Below, in pieces: positions 1 to 9,406 of a stretch of 57,725 nucleotides of DNA. Where the stretch lies: IMG/VR virus record IMGVR_UViG_3300044974_001269, positions 1 through 57,725 of that record. One strand, given 5' to 3'. This DNA comes from a virus (lineage: Duplodnaviria > Caudoviricetes). A program made the translations under genes and the position numbers. Below the pieces are notes generated by a model. It did not search any database, was not told where the DNA came from, and saw only the letters and a program-made list of their open reading frames with translations. The first letter of the stretch is position 1. Each line of letters begins with the position of its first letter.

Positions 1-74
1 TTGGTTTGACAAGATTTAGCAACTTTTTCTAACCAAATGATAACGTCTCCCCAATGATTACTTTGTTTATCCAT
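1..74 (-). CDS. hypothetical protein, 5' part (runs off window start)
   Basis: ATG at 74, open frame MDKQSNHWGDVIIWLEKVAKSCQT to the edge; TATCTTTG promoter-like element just upstream. Confidence 0.5.
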   Translation of the reverse strand, partial: MDKQSNHWGDVIIWLEKVAKSCQT

Positions 75-98
75 TTTTATAGTTTGAACAAAGATAAG

Positions 99-177
99 AA
101 AAAAATAAGACCCGACAAAATAATTTTTGACGGGTCTTTTGGAAAGGATATATGAGAACACCTTACGGTGATGTCAT
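99..177 (-). ncRNA. candidate small RNA or 4-codon minigene (MTSP)
   Basis: TATATTTA motif at 181-188 (-), GUAA-capped hairpin 152-177, single-stranded AUAUCCUUUCC, then terminator. Confidence 0.35.
107..138. terminator. intrinsic terminator hairpin
   Basis: AAGACCCG...CGGGTCTT inverted repeat flanked by A/T tracts. Confidence 0.7.
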
Positions 178-231
178 TTATAAATATAATAAAGAACCAA
201 AAATTATCAAATTCAGACACAACCAGAGGGG

Positions 232-1065
232 TTATTTTAATAAATGATAATATTCTTTAAAATGTTTCAATCTATCAGCAAGTCCTATGGTTCCACCATT
301 TACACATTTTGTAACGGAAGTTACAGTTGCGTTGGAATCATCAACACATCTTTTCAAACAATTTTTACTGAAAAACCATGCCGCTGAGAGTAAAGGGTAT
401 TTTGTTGAAACCAAATCAGGATTTGAAACAATGTCTTCATTTATTGCTTTTCCAAATGCGGTGTAATTGTCTTTACCTGTGAGTTGAATATAACCTCTAC
501 CACGAAATTTGAAACCTTCTCCTGTTGATTCAGGACCGTTACCCATTCTTCCTCCGTACACCTTTGATGCAATTTTCTGAGGATTTCTTGCGTAAGATTC
601 AGAAAGATTTCCCGGAAAATATTTTGGGAAAATGTTTTTGAGACCCTGAGCGGAATAATTTAAATTCTCTTGAGTAAGTCTAAATCCTCCTGATTCGTGA
701 CCACACTGTGCAAGAAAGTGAGCAAGTTTTAAAGGTGTATCGATACCGAATTTTTTTGCGGTATCAGGAATTTGAGCGATAACATTATCAGGAATGTGAC
801 CCTTCAGATTTTCTAATTTCAAAGAACCAGTGTTTACAATTGGAGCTTGTTGTACAGGAGCGGGTTCAGTAATTAGAACTCCTTGTCCCATAATTTTTTG
901 CCATGTTTGTTCCCCCACGATACCATCGGGACTTAAACCATTTTTTGTTTGGAAATTTTTTACTGCTTGCTCAGTTCCATTACCGAAGATTCCATCGGCA
1001 CCTAAGCCCAATTTTTGTTGAAGTTTTTTAACGTCTTCTCCTTTAGACCCAACTTTTAGTAGCAT
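232..1065 (-). CDS. endolysin: peptidoglycan-binding domain + GH19 lysozyme/chitinase-like domain
   Basis: N-term LKVGSKGEDVKKLQ..ADGIFG..DGIVG; HESGGF, FRGRGYIQLTG and VNGG motifs. Confidence 0.92.
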   Translation of the reverse strand: MLLKVGSKGEDVKKLQQKLGLGADGIFGNGTEQAVKNFQTKNGLSPDGIVGEQTWQKIMGQGVLITEPAPVQQAPIVNTGSLKLENLKGHIPDNVIAQIPDTAKKFGIDTPLKLAHFLAQCGHESGGFRLTQENLNYSAQGLKNIFPKYFPGNLSESYARNPQKIASKVYGGRMGNGPESTGEGFKFRGRGYIQLTGKDNYTAFGKAINEDIVSNPDLVSTKYPLLSAAWFFSKNCLKRCVDDSNATVTSVTKCVNGGTIGLADRLKHFKEYYHLLK

Positions 1066-1093
1066 AGTAATTTACTTTTTCAATAAATATTTT

Positions 1094-2539
1094 CTACTGT
1101 GAAGAATGTGATAGATTAACATCACCTAATATACAATACTTGATGTTTTGAGTAACGTTCGAAGTTGTCACATTTATTGTAAAAAATGTGACGGGTGATA
1201 TAGAACCAAAGTTTGTTCTATTGATGGAGTCATAATTTGTTGCAGTGAACCAAAGCACTTCCGTAATAGGTCTGAGTCCTGTAATATGTGCTAAGATTAG
1301 ATATGCGTCACCTAAATCAATAATACCATTTTTATTTGCGTCAGCGGCTTTCCACTGCTTTGTTCCCGTTAGAAATAAACCTGAGGGAGTATTATTAGGT
1401 GTATTTACGTTTTGAATTTCGTTAAATAGTGGGGTAAAATCGGCGGTTGTTATCCCTTGAATCGAAAGAGAGGGGACTAATTTATAGGTCGAATTTTGTT
1501 GAGGTAAAGTAAAGGTGTAAGTTCCACTTGAAGTTAAAGTTTTATAATCGACCAAGGTTTCAACTCCGTTTACCACCCTATATAATGTCAAAGTTGGATA
1601 AGGGCTCAGTGTCGGAACTGAAACTGTACCCGAAAGTGTATTTGTAATTGCAACAGTATTAGTTGTGTTTGCTGCGTAGTATCCTGTAAAAGTTGCATCC
1701 TGAGGATTTGACCACGTACCAAACTCAATTACGTAAGGATTGGACCAATCAGGTAAATCATTCCAACATCCACCACCACCCCATTTTGTTACTGCAAAAT
1801 CTTCACCACCAGCATCATTAGGTTCACCACCACACCAATTTTGATATGTTCCTGGTTGAGGGTTCCCATTAAAGTTTCCAATATTGACCAAAGTTCCATT
1901 TTCAGGACCCGCATCAACTCTCCAATAACCCTCTTGTAGTCTGTCTGAGAGAGCAAACCATATATTATTCTGAGGAACGTTTGCAATAATAAAGTTTTGT
2001 TCATCCGCAGACGTAATTGTCACCAAATAACCAGTTTGACCTTTGAAGGTTTGTTGAGCAGCTAAAACCTTTGAATTTGTGTAAGTCGCGGTGGTCGAAA
2101 TTGGTCTATAAAAGTGACCATTTGTTGCGTTGTAATAATATCCCACAGGGTTTATTGTTGTTGAAACTGAGATTTGAACACTTCCCAATGCAGAACCTGT
2201 GTTGATTTTGAGTGAGGCAAGTGCGTTATTTACGTTTGCTTGAGTTCCTGTGAAACTTATTCTTGTGATATTTGACCAAGTGTTATATCCTGTGGCAAAA
2301 GATAAACCTGTAGTTGTTGTGATTGAAAATGTTGTTCCTGCGGGGGGATTAACAAGACCTATTGAAGTTAATAAAGTTTCAGATGTGAATCCGTTGATTA
2401 CAAATCCACTTGCATCTTGACCTGAGGTACTCACCTGATAAGTTCTTCCTGGAGGTGCCGTTACACTTTGTGCGAAACAAAAATCATGCGAAACAAACTG
2501 TGCGAAACAAAATAAAAATATGGTAAGGAATATTTTCAT
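1094..2539 (-). CDS. secreted protein with C-type lectin domain and C-terminal dockerin-like region
   Basis: signal peptide; GYLVTITSADEQ, WCGGEPN, WND lectin motifs; ADANKNGIIDLGD Ca-loop; GDVNLSHSS end. Confidence 0.8.
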   Translation of the reverse strand: MKIFLTIFLFCFAQFVSHDFCFAQSVTAPPGRTYQVSTSGQDASGFVINGFTSETLLTSIGLVNPPAGTTFSITTTTGLSFATGYNTWSNITRISFTGTQANVNNALASLKINTGSALGSVQISVSTTINPVGYYYNATNGHFYRPISTTATYTNSKVLAAQQTFKGQTGYLVTITSADEQNFIIANVPQNNIWFALSDRLQEGYWRVDAGPENGTLVNIGNFNGNPQPGTYQNWCGGEPNDAGGEDFAVTKWGGGGCWNDLPDWSNPYVIEFGTWSNPQDATFTGYYAANTTNTVAITNTLSGTVSVPTLSPYPTLTLYRVVNGVETLVDYKTLTSSGTYTFTLPQQNSTYKLVPSLSIQGITTADFTPLFNEIQNVNTPNNTPSGLFLTGTKQWKAADANKNGIIDLGDAYLILAHITGLRPITEVLWFTATNYDSINRTNFGSISPVTFFTINVTTSNVTQNIKYCILGDVNLSHSSQ

Positions 2540-4020
2540 AGATTTACTTTACTACCAATCAAGAAAAATGATAAAATAGGAAACTCAGGATTGGTACTCA
2601 GATTGGCTTTATAATTTACATTAAATTTGAATCTTCTTGAGATTTGGTAATCAAATCCACTTCCTATGAACGCACTGAATGTTCTGTCTGTTACAGTTAC
2701 TTTATCTACTGAAGAATAAACCACAGGTGTTGAAATTAAATAAATCTCAGGGGAGATGGTAAGTTTTTTATTTGCAACAATTGGCTTGGTATAAAATGCA
2801 GTGAATGATGGACTGATAAATAAGTTACTATCTTCAGGAAGTTTGGCAACAGCTCCACTTATATTAAATCCTGTAATTCCCCACTTCTTGGCGTTTATTA
2901 TCATACTATAACCCAAAAATGAAAATAGGTTTCCGTATGAATAAGCACCCGTTAGATTTACATTATGAACGAATTTAAGGGTTCCTGATTGGTTAATTTT
3001 TATTTTTGTATATCTTGAATTGATAGCAAATTGTTTGAAATTAAACCAAATCATTCCTGTTACACCCCAAGAACTTGTTCCCATTAGAGAGGTTCTTGAT
3101 ACACCGACATTTGCAATTCCTGTAAAACTTTTGTCTAAGTTTTGAGCGGAAGTAAGGTCAGATGAGACTATCATGGGGTTCGAATTTCCTGATTTTGATG
3201 AACCTTTTTTTCCTCCACCTCCACCACTTGAACCACCACTTTCTGAACCACGGTCGTTCCTTACATCAACGTTCATTACCGTTGTCGCCACCACCTCTGA
3301 ACCTTTTTCTTTATCTTTCTCACCGCTTCCCGTAGAAGAAGATGTAGAAACGCCACTATTATTATTACCCCCACTATTAGGAGAATTACTGTTCCCCCCG
3401 ACACCACTGCCACCGCTTGTAGGGTTATTTGAAGTCCCTTGAGAAGAAGTTTGACCCCCTTGGTTAGAACTTCCCACAGGTACAGAACTGTTGCCCTGAC
3501 CGCCTGATACACCTGAGCCCCCATTTGGAGAAGTCCCACTACTATTAGTATTAGAAACGGAATTATTAGAGTTAGAATTAGTATTTTCATTTCTATTTCT
3601 TGTTTTTTCGGACCTATTGTCTTTTGAACCCGCATCATTTCCACCCATAGATGAACCTTGCATCACGGATGAGTTTATTTGACCAACAACACTACTTACC
3701 ACATTTCCGATTACTTGTGCGGTTATTTGATTTCTTGTGACACCTACGGATTGAACCGAGCAAGGTGTCAATTTTCTGTAGTCCACATAAGCTTGATTGA
3801 CCCAAGAGGCAAAAGCACCACTCGCCACGTCAGCCGCGGTGAATGATGCCGATTTTCCATAAAAATAAATTATTGTTCCTCCCTGAATAGGGATTGAAAA
3901 GTTTGTGACAGCTTTTGTGCAAGGGTCTATAAACTCGTAATTAATGGTTTGAGCATCAACTTTCAAGCTGAGAAAGAAGATACAAACAATACTTAAAAAA
4001 ATTTTTAACCCTTTCCACAT
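2536..4020 (-). CDS. outer-membrane beta-barrel protein with Gly/Ser/Asn-rich linker
   Basis: signal peptide, low-complexity middle, C-terminal amphipathic beta strands. Confidence 0.7.
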   Translation of the reverse strand: MWKGLKIFLSIVCIFFLSLKVDAQTINYEFIDPCTKAVTNFSIPIQGGTIIYFYGKSASFTAADVASGAFASWVNQAYVDYRKLTPCSVQSVGVTRNQITAQVIGNVVSSVVGQINSSVMQGSSMGGNDAGSKDNRSEKTRNRNENTNSNSNNSVSNTNSSGTSPNGGSGVSGGQGNSSVPVGSSNQGGQTSSQGTSNNPTSGGSGVGGNSNSPNSGGNNNSGVSTSSSTGSGEKDKEKGSEVVATTVMNVDVRNDRGSESGGSSGGGGGKKGSSKSGNSNPMIVSSDLTSAQNLDKSFTGIANVGVSRTSLMGTSSWGVTGMIWFNFKQFAINSRYTKIKINQSGTLKFVHNVNLTGAYSYGNLFSFLGYSMIINAKKWGITGFNISGAVAKLPEDSNLFISPSFTAFYTKPIVANKKLTISPEIYLISTPVVYSSVDKVTVTDRTFSAFIGSGFDYQISRRFKFNVNYKANLSTNPEFPILSFFLIGSKVNL

Positions 4021-4737
4021 TTATTTTGGGAACACGCCCTTTTTAATCATCCTTACAAGAATTCTACTACAAGCAATTTCAAGTGCTTTCTTTGTAGTAA
4101 TTCCTATTGTAGATTGATTGAATTTAACGTCACTCAAATTATCATCATTTAAAAGAGATAATTCTCTGACAGTCTTTGCCTCACCAAGACCTGATGCTGC
4201 AATAATTTCACCTGTTTCTGCGTTTGTAAATCTAACCTGAAGACCGAGTCTTGTGTTTACAATATTTTTAACTCCATCTTTTAAATTTACAGTCTCATCT
4301 TCAGAAACAGAAAAGTCATAAACTTCGATTGTAACGAAATAATGAGCAAGTCTAATCTTACCTCTTCCGTCCAATTTGTCTTGACTGATTCCTGCTTGGG
4401 ATGCCTGAAACTGTTTAACCATACGGTTTTTTATTTCGGTTTTATCTTCAGTAAAAGTAAATCTGTTTAGTTCAGACAAAAACTCCAAACTGATATTTGC
4501 AACACCAAGACCAACTTTCTTTTCTTTGAGTTCAGGATACTGTTCATATACCTCATCACTAATTCCAATTGTTAAGATTTGAATTGGAATTTGTGGACCA
4601 TCATAGTCCATAAGTGAATCGATATTAATCTTTGTTTCAAAACTCGCTTTATACTGCTCAGTTTTTGTTGTCCCCACAACTTGTGCGTTGACAAATGAGC
4701 ATGCAAGTAGAAATACAGGTAATAAAATTTTCTTCAT
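4021..4737 (-). CDS. CsgG/HfaB-like (curli-assembly family) protein
   Basis: likely start MKKILLPVF at 4737; GLGVAN..L..NRF and RLGLQVRFTNAETGEI..ASGLGEA patterns. Confidence 0.7.
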   Translation of the reverse strand: MKKILLPVFLLACSFVNAQVVGTTKTEQYKASFETKINIDSLMDYDGPQIPIQILTIGISDEVYEQYPELKEKKVGLGVANISLEFLSELNRFTFTEDKTEIKNRMVKQFQASQAGISQDKLDGRGKIRLAHYFVTIEVYDFSVSEDETVNLKDGVKNIVNTRLGLQVRFTNAETGEIIAASGLGEAKTVRELSLLNDDNLSDVKFNQSTIGITTKKALEIACSRILVRMIKKGVFPK

Positions 4738-4738
4738 T

Positions 4739-5296
4739 TTAAACTTGTTTAATAAGACCACATTTAAGACACTCTTCATCTCCATCACCATCAGCGTCAC
4801 CCCAAACGTGTTCACACTGACGATGTTCGAAATACATGTCTATAATACCGTCACCATCCTCATCGATACCATCCATTGTACCATCACCATCTTCATCGAT
4901 TTCGACACCGACTTGAGGGGCGACCTGAGGGGTTACTTGAGGGGTGGATACCACAATAGGTTCATTATGTTGAGCCGATGCAAAATCTTTCATATCTAAA
5001 GTAGATGAGAAAGATACACCATCCTCTTCGTCCATTTTTTGAACTAACATCTTGTCCTTATCTGTATCACTGAACCAATAGTCAATAATCTTACCATAAG
5101 AACCGATAAAAGCACCAAGTAATAAAAGTAGAAGCTCTTTCCACTCTCCACTGATAGCACTTTGTTCAAAAATAGCCAAAAAAATTGCGCCCATGATTAC
5201 AACAAATCCTCCAAGAACAAGAGCGGTAATCCACCATCTCTTTTTCATCATGGAGTTTAATAAATCTTTAAATCCTGTTGGTGTTTGTTGACTCAT
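4739..5296 (-). CDS. two-TM membrane protein with DxDxDG Ca-binding loops
   Basis: two hydrophobic helices; DEDGDGTMD, DEDGDGIID, DADGDGDEEC..C. Confidence 0.75.
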   Translation of the reverse strand: MSQQTPTGFKDLLNSMMKKRWWITALVLGGFVVIMGAIFLAIFEQSAISGEWKELLLLLLGAFIGSYGKIIDYWFSDTDKDKMLVQKMDEEDGVSFSSTLDMKDFASAQHNEPIVVSTPQVTPQVAPQVGVEIDEDGDGTMDGIDEDGDGIIDMYFEHRQCEHVWGDADGDGDEECLKCGLIKQV

Positions 5297-5299
5297 AAA

Positions 5300-5608
5300 T
5301 TACCATTTTGGTTCCTCTGAAAAAGGTTTAGGTTTTGGAGCAGGTTCAGCTGGTTTAGCAGCAGGTTGCGACGCTTTTTCTTTGATAATCACAGTTTTCT
5401 CAGGTGCTGCTTGCTGTTGTTGAGAATTGTTAATTACGATTGTTGGTTGAGGAGGAGGTGCTTGTTCTTGTTTTTCTTCATGACCGCCAAACAACAAAGT
5501 GCTTAGCCATACGCCACCACCCGCAACAACAGTTCCGAGTGTTCCTACGATGGTCTTCTTTAGTCCTGACCAAGACCCATCATTTTGTTCTAATTGTTCT
5601 TCTGACAT
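5300..5608 (-). CDS. single-TM protein with Pro/Gln-rich tail
   Basis: ORF tightly packed in operon; one TM helix. Confidence 0.75.
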   Translation of the reverse strand: MSEEQLEQNDGSWSGLKKTIVGTLGTVVAGGGVWLSTLLFGGHEEKQEQAPPPQPTIVINNSQQQQAAPEKTVIIKEKASQPAAKPAEPAPKPKPFSEEPKW

Positions 5609-5612
5609 AGTT

Positions 5613-7517
5613 TTAAATTTTTACAAATGGTTTAGTTATTCTTTCATTATTATTCGCCATCACTAACAAATATTTACCTTGTGCTAGATTTTTGGCGTTA
5701 ATGGCTCTTGTGATTACGTTTGTAAACTCATCGGTTTTGAAATCTCCTAAATCCAAAACCTTTCTTCCGTTGTAATCATAAACATAACCCTTCATCCAAT
5801 AATTATTCGGAAATGTAACAGTTAATTCAAATTGTCCCGAATTTGGATTTGGTCTGATTTCTGCAATAGGCTTCGTTACGGCTAATACTGGCCCTGCCGC
5901 TCTATAAGTTAAAACTATTCTTTCAGATGCTAATTCAATATTGAAATGTTCACCTTCAGAATTGGAGGCGTCCATTAGTTGTCTAACAAAAACATAAGAA
6001 GAAATATCTTCCGAAGGGTCAATTGGCGTAAATTTTAAATTAAAGGGGGTGGATAAACCACTTATCCCCCCCTTTTTTTGATTATTCATTCCACCGAATC
6101 TGATGATTCCATTTTGGTCATCATGAGTTACATATTGTAACCACTCATTCGGAACTTTTGATATTATTTCTGCGAATCTAACTTTTGTTGGGTCATATTT
6201 CATTTCGAATTGTAATCCATAATTTACTAGTCCGTTTGTGGATACATTAAATGGTACAAACATGGGTTGACCTACAGAATATGAGTTCGGAATATTAACA
6301 GAATATCTTCCAGTATAAACAGGACCTCTTACAAGGTTCCCGTTTGCGTCATAAACAGGTGAAGAGTGACTTCTGTCAACATCTCCTTGTACATAATATT
6401 TCAAATCTAATGACAAATTAGAAGTAAGAACCGTATCTAGTACGAAATTTTGTCTACTTGTATAAGTTGTCCAATCTGACCACTGATTTGTACCTAAAGC
6501 CAAACTATCAAACTCGTTTTTGGTGAAAACTTTAATCAAGTTATTTGTTGCAATCGGTCTAAGTCCAGAAACGGAAGCGTAAATACCATAAGGGTCACCA
6601 CCATCAAACTTTTGGTTCCAATTTATATCTGCAATCAAATATGCCAACCCATTTTGTAAATGAGTGCGAGGGTAAGTTTGAGAAATGTCAGCGTTTACAA
6701 ATTCGTTGAACGCTTTTACTGCGTCAGTAACAGTAACTGAATTGTCTCTAATTGAAACTAAACTATCAGGATTGAATCTTAATTCGATTTTATACCTTGT
6801 GTTTTCATCGATATTATCCAAAACATATAAACCTGTGTTTATATCTGGAACTGTAGTTGAAACAAGATTTCCTGTTGCATTTTCATAACAATATAATGTC
6901 GGAACCCAACCTCTTGTAATCACTGATGGTGGAAGCCAAACCTTACCTGAAATTGTAAGGTTTCCAAGTAATTTCACTGCGAGTTTGTTATAATTCAAAA
7001 CCGCCACGTTGTCTCCAATTGTTGTTCCGTCAACTTTGAACATTCTTGCCCAATTAAGGGTTACAGTATCTGATACGAAGTTTGGAATTACGTTGTTAAT
7101 TCTATATTTGTTGTGAATTATGTAACCATTAGAGGAAACCTGTGAACCATTTGATAAAACCAAATAGTTTCTTGCTATAGTCCAGTTTGTATCGGACACA
7201 TAAGTGTAATTTCCACTTGAGTAGGATTGATATTTGTAATCATCCCAACTTCTGTAGGAAATTTCGGGACCGTTTCCACTAACCGCAGCGTCAACAGTTG
7301 TGGATATGTGTGTAAAAAGTCGTTTTTTATATTGCCAGTCCACTTGAAAACTTCTCACATCCGTACCAGTCGCTGGTTTGTAATACCAAGCAACATCTAA
7401 CGTGTCACCTCTCCTTACAGTTTTCAATTGTTGGAAGTGACCGATTTCTGGTGTTTGTGAAAAACCTAAAAATGGGAATGACAATAATGAAATAAATGCC
7501 AATAATTTTTTCATCAT
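5613..7517 (-). CDS. T9SS cargo protein with cohesin-like and dockerin-like regions
   Basis: signal peptide; C-term PNP...YDYNGRKV...LAQGKY...KPFVKI (type A CTD); VPFNVS..YGLQFEMKYDPTKVRF cohesin-like; ADINWNQKFDGGD Ca-loop. Confidence 0.8.
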   Translation of the reverse strand: MMKKLLAFISLLSFPFLGFSQTPEIGHFQQLKTVRRGDTLDVAWYYKPATGTDVRSFQVDWQYKKRLFTHISTTVDAAVSGNGPEISYRSWDDYKYQSYSSGNYTYVSDTNWTIARNYLVLSNGSQVSSNGYIIHNKYRINNVIPNFVSDTVTLNWARMFKVDGTTIGDNVAVLNYNKLAVKLLGNLTISGKVWLPPSVITRGWVPTLYCYENATGNLVSTTVPDINTGLYVLDNIDENTRYKIELRFNPDSLVSIRDNSVTVTDAVKAFNEFVNADISQTYPRTHLQNGLAYLIADINWNQKFDGGDPYGIYASVSGLRPIATNNLIKVFTKNEFDSLALGTNQWSDWTTYTSRQNFVLDTVLTSNLSLDLKYYVQGDVDRSHSSPVYDANGNLVRGPVYTGRYSVNIPNSYSVGQPMFVPFNVSTNGLVNYGLQFEMKYDPTKVRFAEIISKVPNEWLQYVTHDDQNGIIRFGGMNNQKKGGISGLSTPFNLKFTPIDPSEDISSYVFVRQLMDASNSEGEHFNIELASERIVLTYRAAGPVLAVTKPIAEIRPNPNSGQFELTVTFPNNYWMKGYVYDYNGRKVLDLGDFKTDEFTNVITRAINAKNLAQGKYLLVMANNNERITKPFVKI

Positions 7518-8005
7518 TCAAATAGATTTTTGATTAATGTCTCACAGGATTTTTTTATCACATTAGAGACGGATTGTTGATTAATTTTACCACCTTCCGA
7601 AATTATCAGGGAAGACATAGAAATTTCCGAAGACTTTTCAGTTACTATCGTTTCTTTTATTTTTTTTCCTTTTGAGTCCAAAAGTTTTGCTCTCACTCTG
7701 AGAACCGTTTCATCATTTTCTTTATGAATTACAGAAAATCCTGTCTTGGTGTTAAGAACATCAAAGAAAATCAATTCAATTTGCAATTTATTCTCAGATA
7801 AATTACAACTGTCTACTAGTTGAAACTCCCTGTCTTGAAGGTATTCAAGTAAGATGTTCTTGAAACCAAATGTTAGGTTTCTATTACCCAACATTTGTCC
7901 AATTTGGATTTTATTTTCAATAGATGAAATACAAACCTTTTTATCTTGTGAATAAGAAAAAAGGGTGCTAAAAAGCAATAATAAAGTAACGAAAATTTTT
8001 CTCAT
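7514..8005 (-). CDS. secreted protein, short CsgG-like; first gene of envelope operon
   Basis: signal peptide; LTFGFKNILLEYLQDREF resembles the corresponding segment of the 4021-4737 protein. Confidence 0.65.
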   Translation of the reverse strand: MRKIFVTLLLLFSTLFSYSQDKKVCISSIENKIQIGQMLGNRNLTFGFKNILLEYLQDREFQLVDSCNLSENKLQIELIFFDVLNTKTGFSVIHKENDETVLRVRAKLLDSKGKKIKETIVTEKSSEISMSSLIISEGGKINQQSVSNVIKKSCETLIKNLFE

Positions 8006-8029
8006 TTTTCGGTAGTATCTTGGTATTCA

Positions 8030-8037
8030 TAAATATA
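8030..8037 (-). promoter_or_regulatory. TATATTTA promoter-like element for the envelope operon
   Basis: recurrent ATATTTAT motif found shortly upstream of many starts in this window. Confidence 0.55.
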
Positions 8038-8078
8038 TCTTATCTTTGTTCCCGATATTTATTTTAAATTAATTTTTT

Positions 8079-9182
8079 ATGCGGTTATTGACAGAAATAG
8101 ATAGGATAAAATCGGTCATGGGGATTTTGAACGAACAAGATGAAGAATCTTCAGCTCCAAAGATGAATCGTAATCTCAAATCTGTTGTTGAAACATTACA
8201 ATTTTTGAAAATCTACGGTGGCAAAATTGAGAAAATGTTGGTTGATATTTCTGACTACGCAAACAATCAAATTATAGATTTTGATTTGATGAATAGAGGA
8301 TTGAGAAAAGTACTTTTGAAAAAAGGTGACAAAAAAAAGAATATTGAAGATTACTTAGGTAAAATTCTAACATCTCTCAAATATAGAGAAAGAGATGGTT
8401 ATGGTGTTGAACCTGAAAGTGAAGATTATGGTTTTGAAATTGAGGAGCCTTCCTTGATACCAAAAAAAGTTTATAAAAAAGAACTTTATGAACTTCAGGT
8501 AGAGTTACTAAAACTACAGGAGTGGTTGAAAAAAACTGGAAAAACTGTAATAGTTGTTTTCGAAGGAAGAGACTCTGCGGGTAAAGGTTCTACAATCAAA
8601 AAATTCACTGAGAACTTGAACCCAAGATATTATAATGTGGTTGCGTTGGGTGTACCAACACCAGAAGATAGAAAAGATTGGTGGAACAGATACAGAAAAC
8701 AAATAAGACCAGGAGTAATCAATCTTTTTGACCGTAGTTGGTATAATAGAGGACTTGTTGAGCCCGTTATGGGATATGGAACGCCTGAAGAATATGCTGA
8801 TTTCATGGAAAATGTTGAGGACTTTGAAAATGATTTAGTTAAAGACGGAGACTATCTTTTCAAATTATGGTTTTCAATTGATAAAGACACTCAAAAAAGA
8901 AGATTTGATATTCGTCAGAAATCACCTTTGAAATATTGGAAATATTCTCCAAACGATGCAAAAATGCAAGACCTTTGGGATAGGTTCACTGAATTCAAAG
9001 AAAAACTTTTTGATAAGACCTCAACGGTAAACAATCCTTGGGTTGTAATTGACTCTGAAGACAAAAGAATATCAGGACTTAACGCAATTAGATACGTTTT
9101 ACAAAACATTCCTTATGAAGGGAAGAATACGAAAGTTTTGGATGTAGAATACCCAGAAGTTTTAGCTGTTTTGAAACCTTAA
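8079..9182 (+). CDS. ppk2: polyphosphate kinase 2 with ~130-aa N-terminal extension
   Basis: FEGRDSAGKG Walker A, FDRSWYNR Walker B, PLKYWKYSPND. Confidence 0.93.
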   Translation: MRLLTEIDRIKSVMGILNEQDEESSAPKMNRNLKSVVETLQFLKIYGGKIEKMLVDISDYANNQIIDFDLMNRGLRKVLLKKGDKKKNIEDYLGKILTSLKYRERDGYGVEPESEDYGFEIEEPSLIPKKVYKKELYELQVELLKLQEWLKKTGKTVIVVFEGRDSAGKGSTIKKFTENLNPRYYNVVALGVPTPEDRKDWWNRYRKQIRPGVINLFDRSWYNRGLVEPVMGYGTPEEYADFMENVEDFENDLVKDGDYLFKLWFSIDKDTQKRRFDIRQKSPLKYWKYSPNDAKMQDLWDRFTEFKEKLFDKTSTVNNPWVVIDSEDKRISGLNAIRYVLQNIPYEGKNTKVLDVEYPEVLAVLKP

Positions 9183-9367
9183 TTTTCCTCGTTGAATTGT
9201 TTTGAAGAAATTACAATCCAAATATCCAAAAGGAGATAAACGAGATATTGTTGAATTTCTGAAATTGGATGATTTGTAGAGTAATTTTGTTGGAAAAGCC
9301 AAATTAGAATTTTTACCATACAAAATACTCTCACTGATAGCAAAAGTATACCCGTTAATGTTTTCAT
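9179..9367 (-). CDS. small membrane protein
   Basis: two hydrophobic stretches; fills the intergenic space. Confidence 0.5.
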   Translation of the reverse strand: MKTLTGILLLSVRVFCMVKILIWLFQQNYSTNHPISEIQQYLVYLLLDIWIVISSKQFNEEN

Positions 9368-9406
9368 TATCCAAAATTACAACTATTTATTTACAAAGAC
9401 AACGCC

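Noticed and set aside
141-152. 12-bp pairing of the 99-177 RNA with 37655-37666
   Set aside because: Short, includes a G:U, and a similar word occurs in tRNA-Arg; chance cannot be excluded.
1065-1077. Endolysin leader as second target of the 16 kb sRNA
   Set aside because: Only about 12 AU-rich pairs; plausible by chance in this composition.
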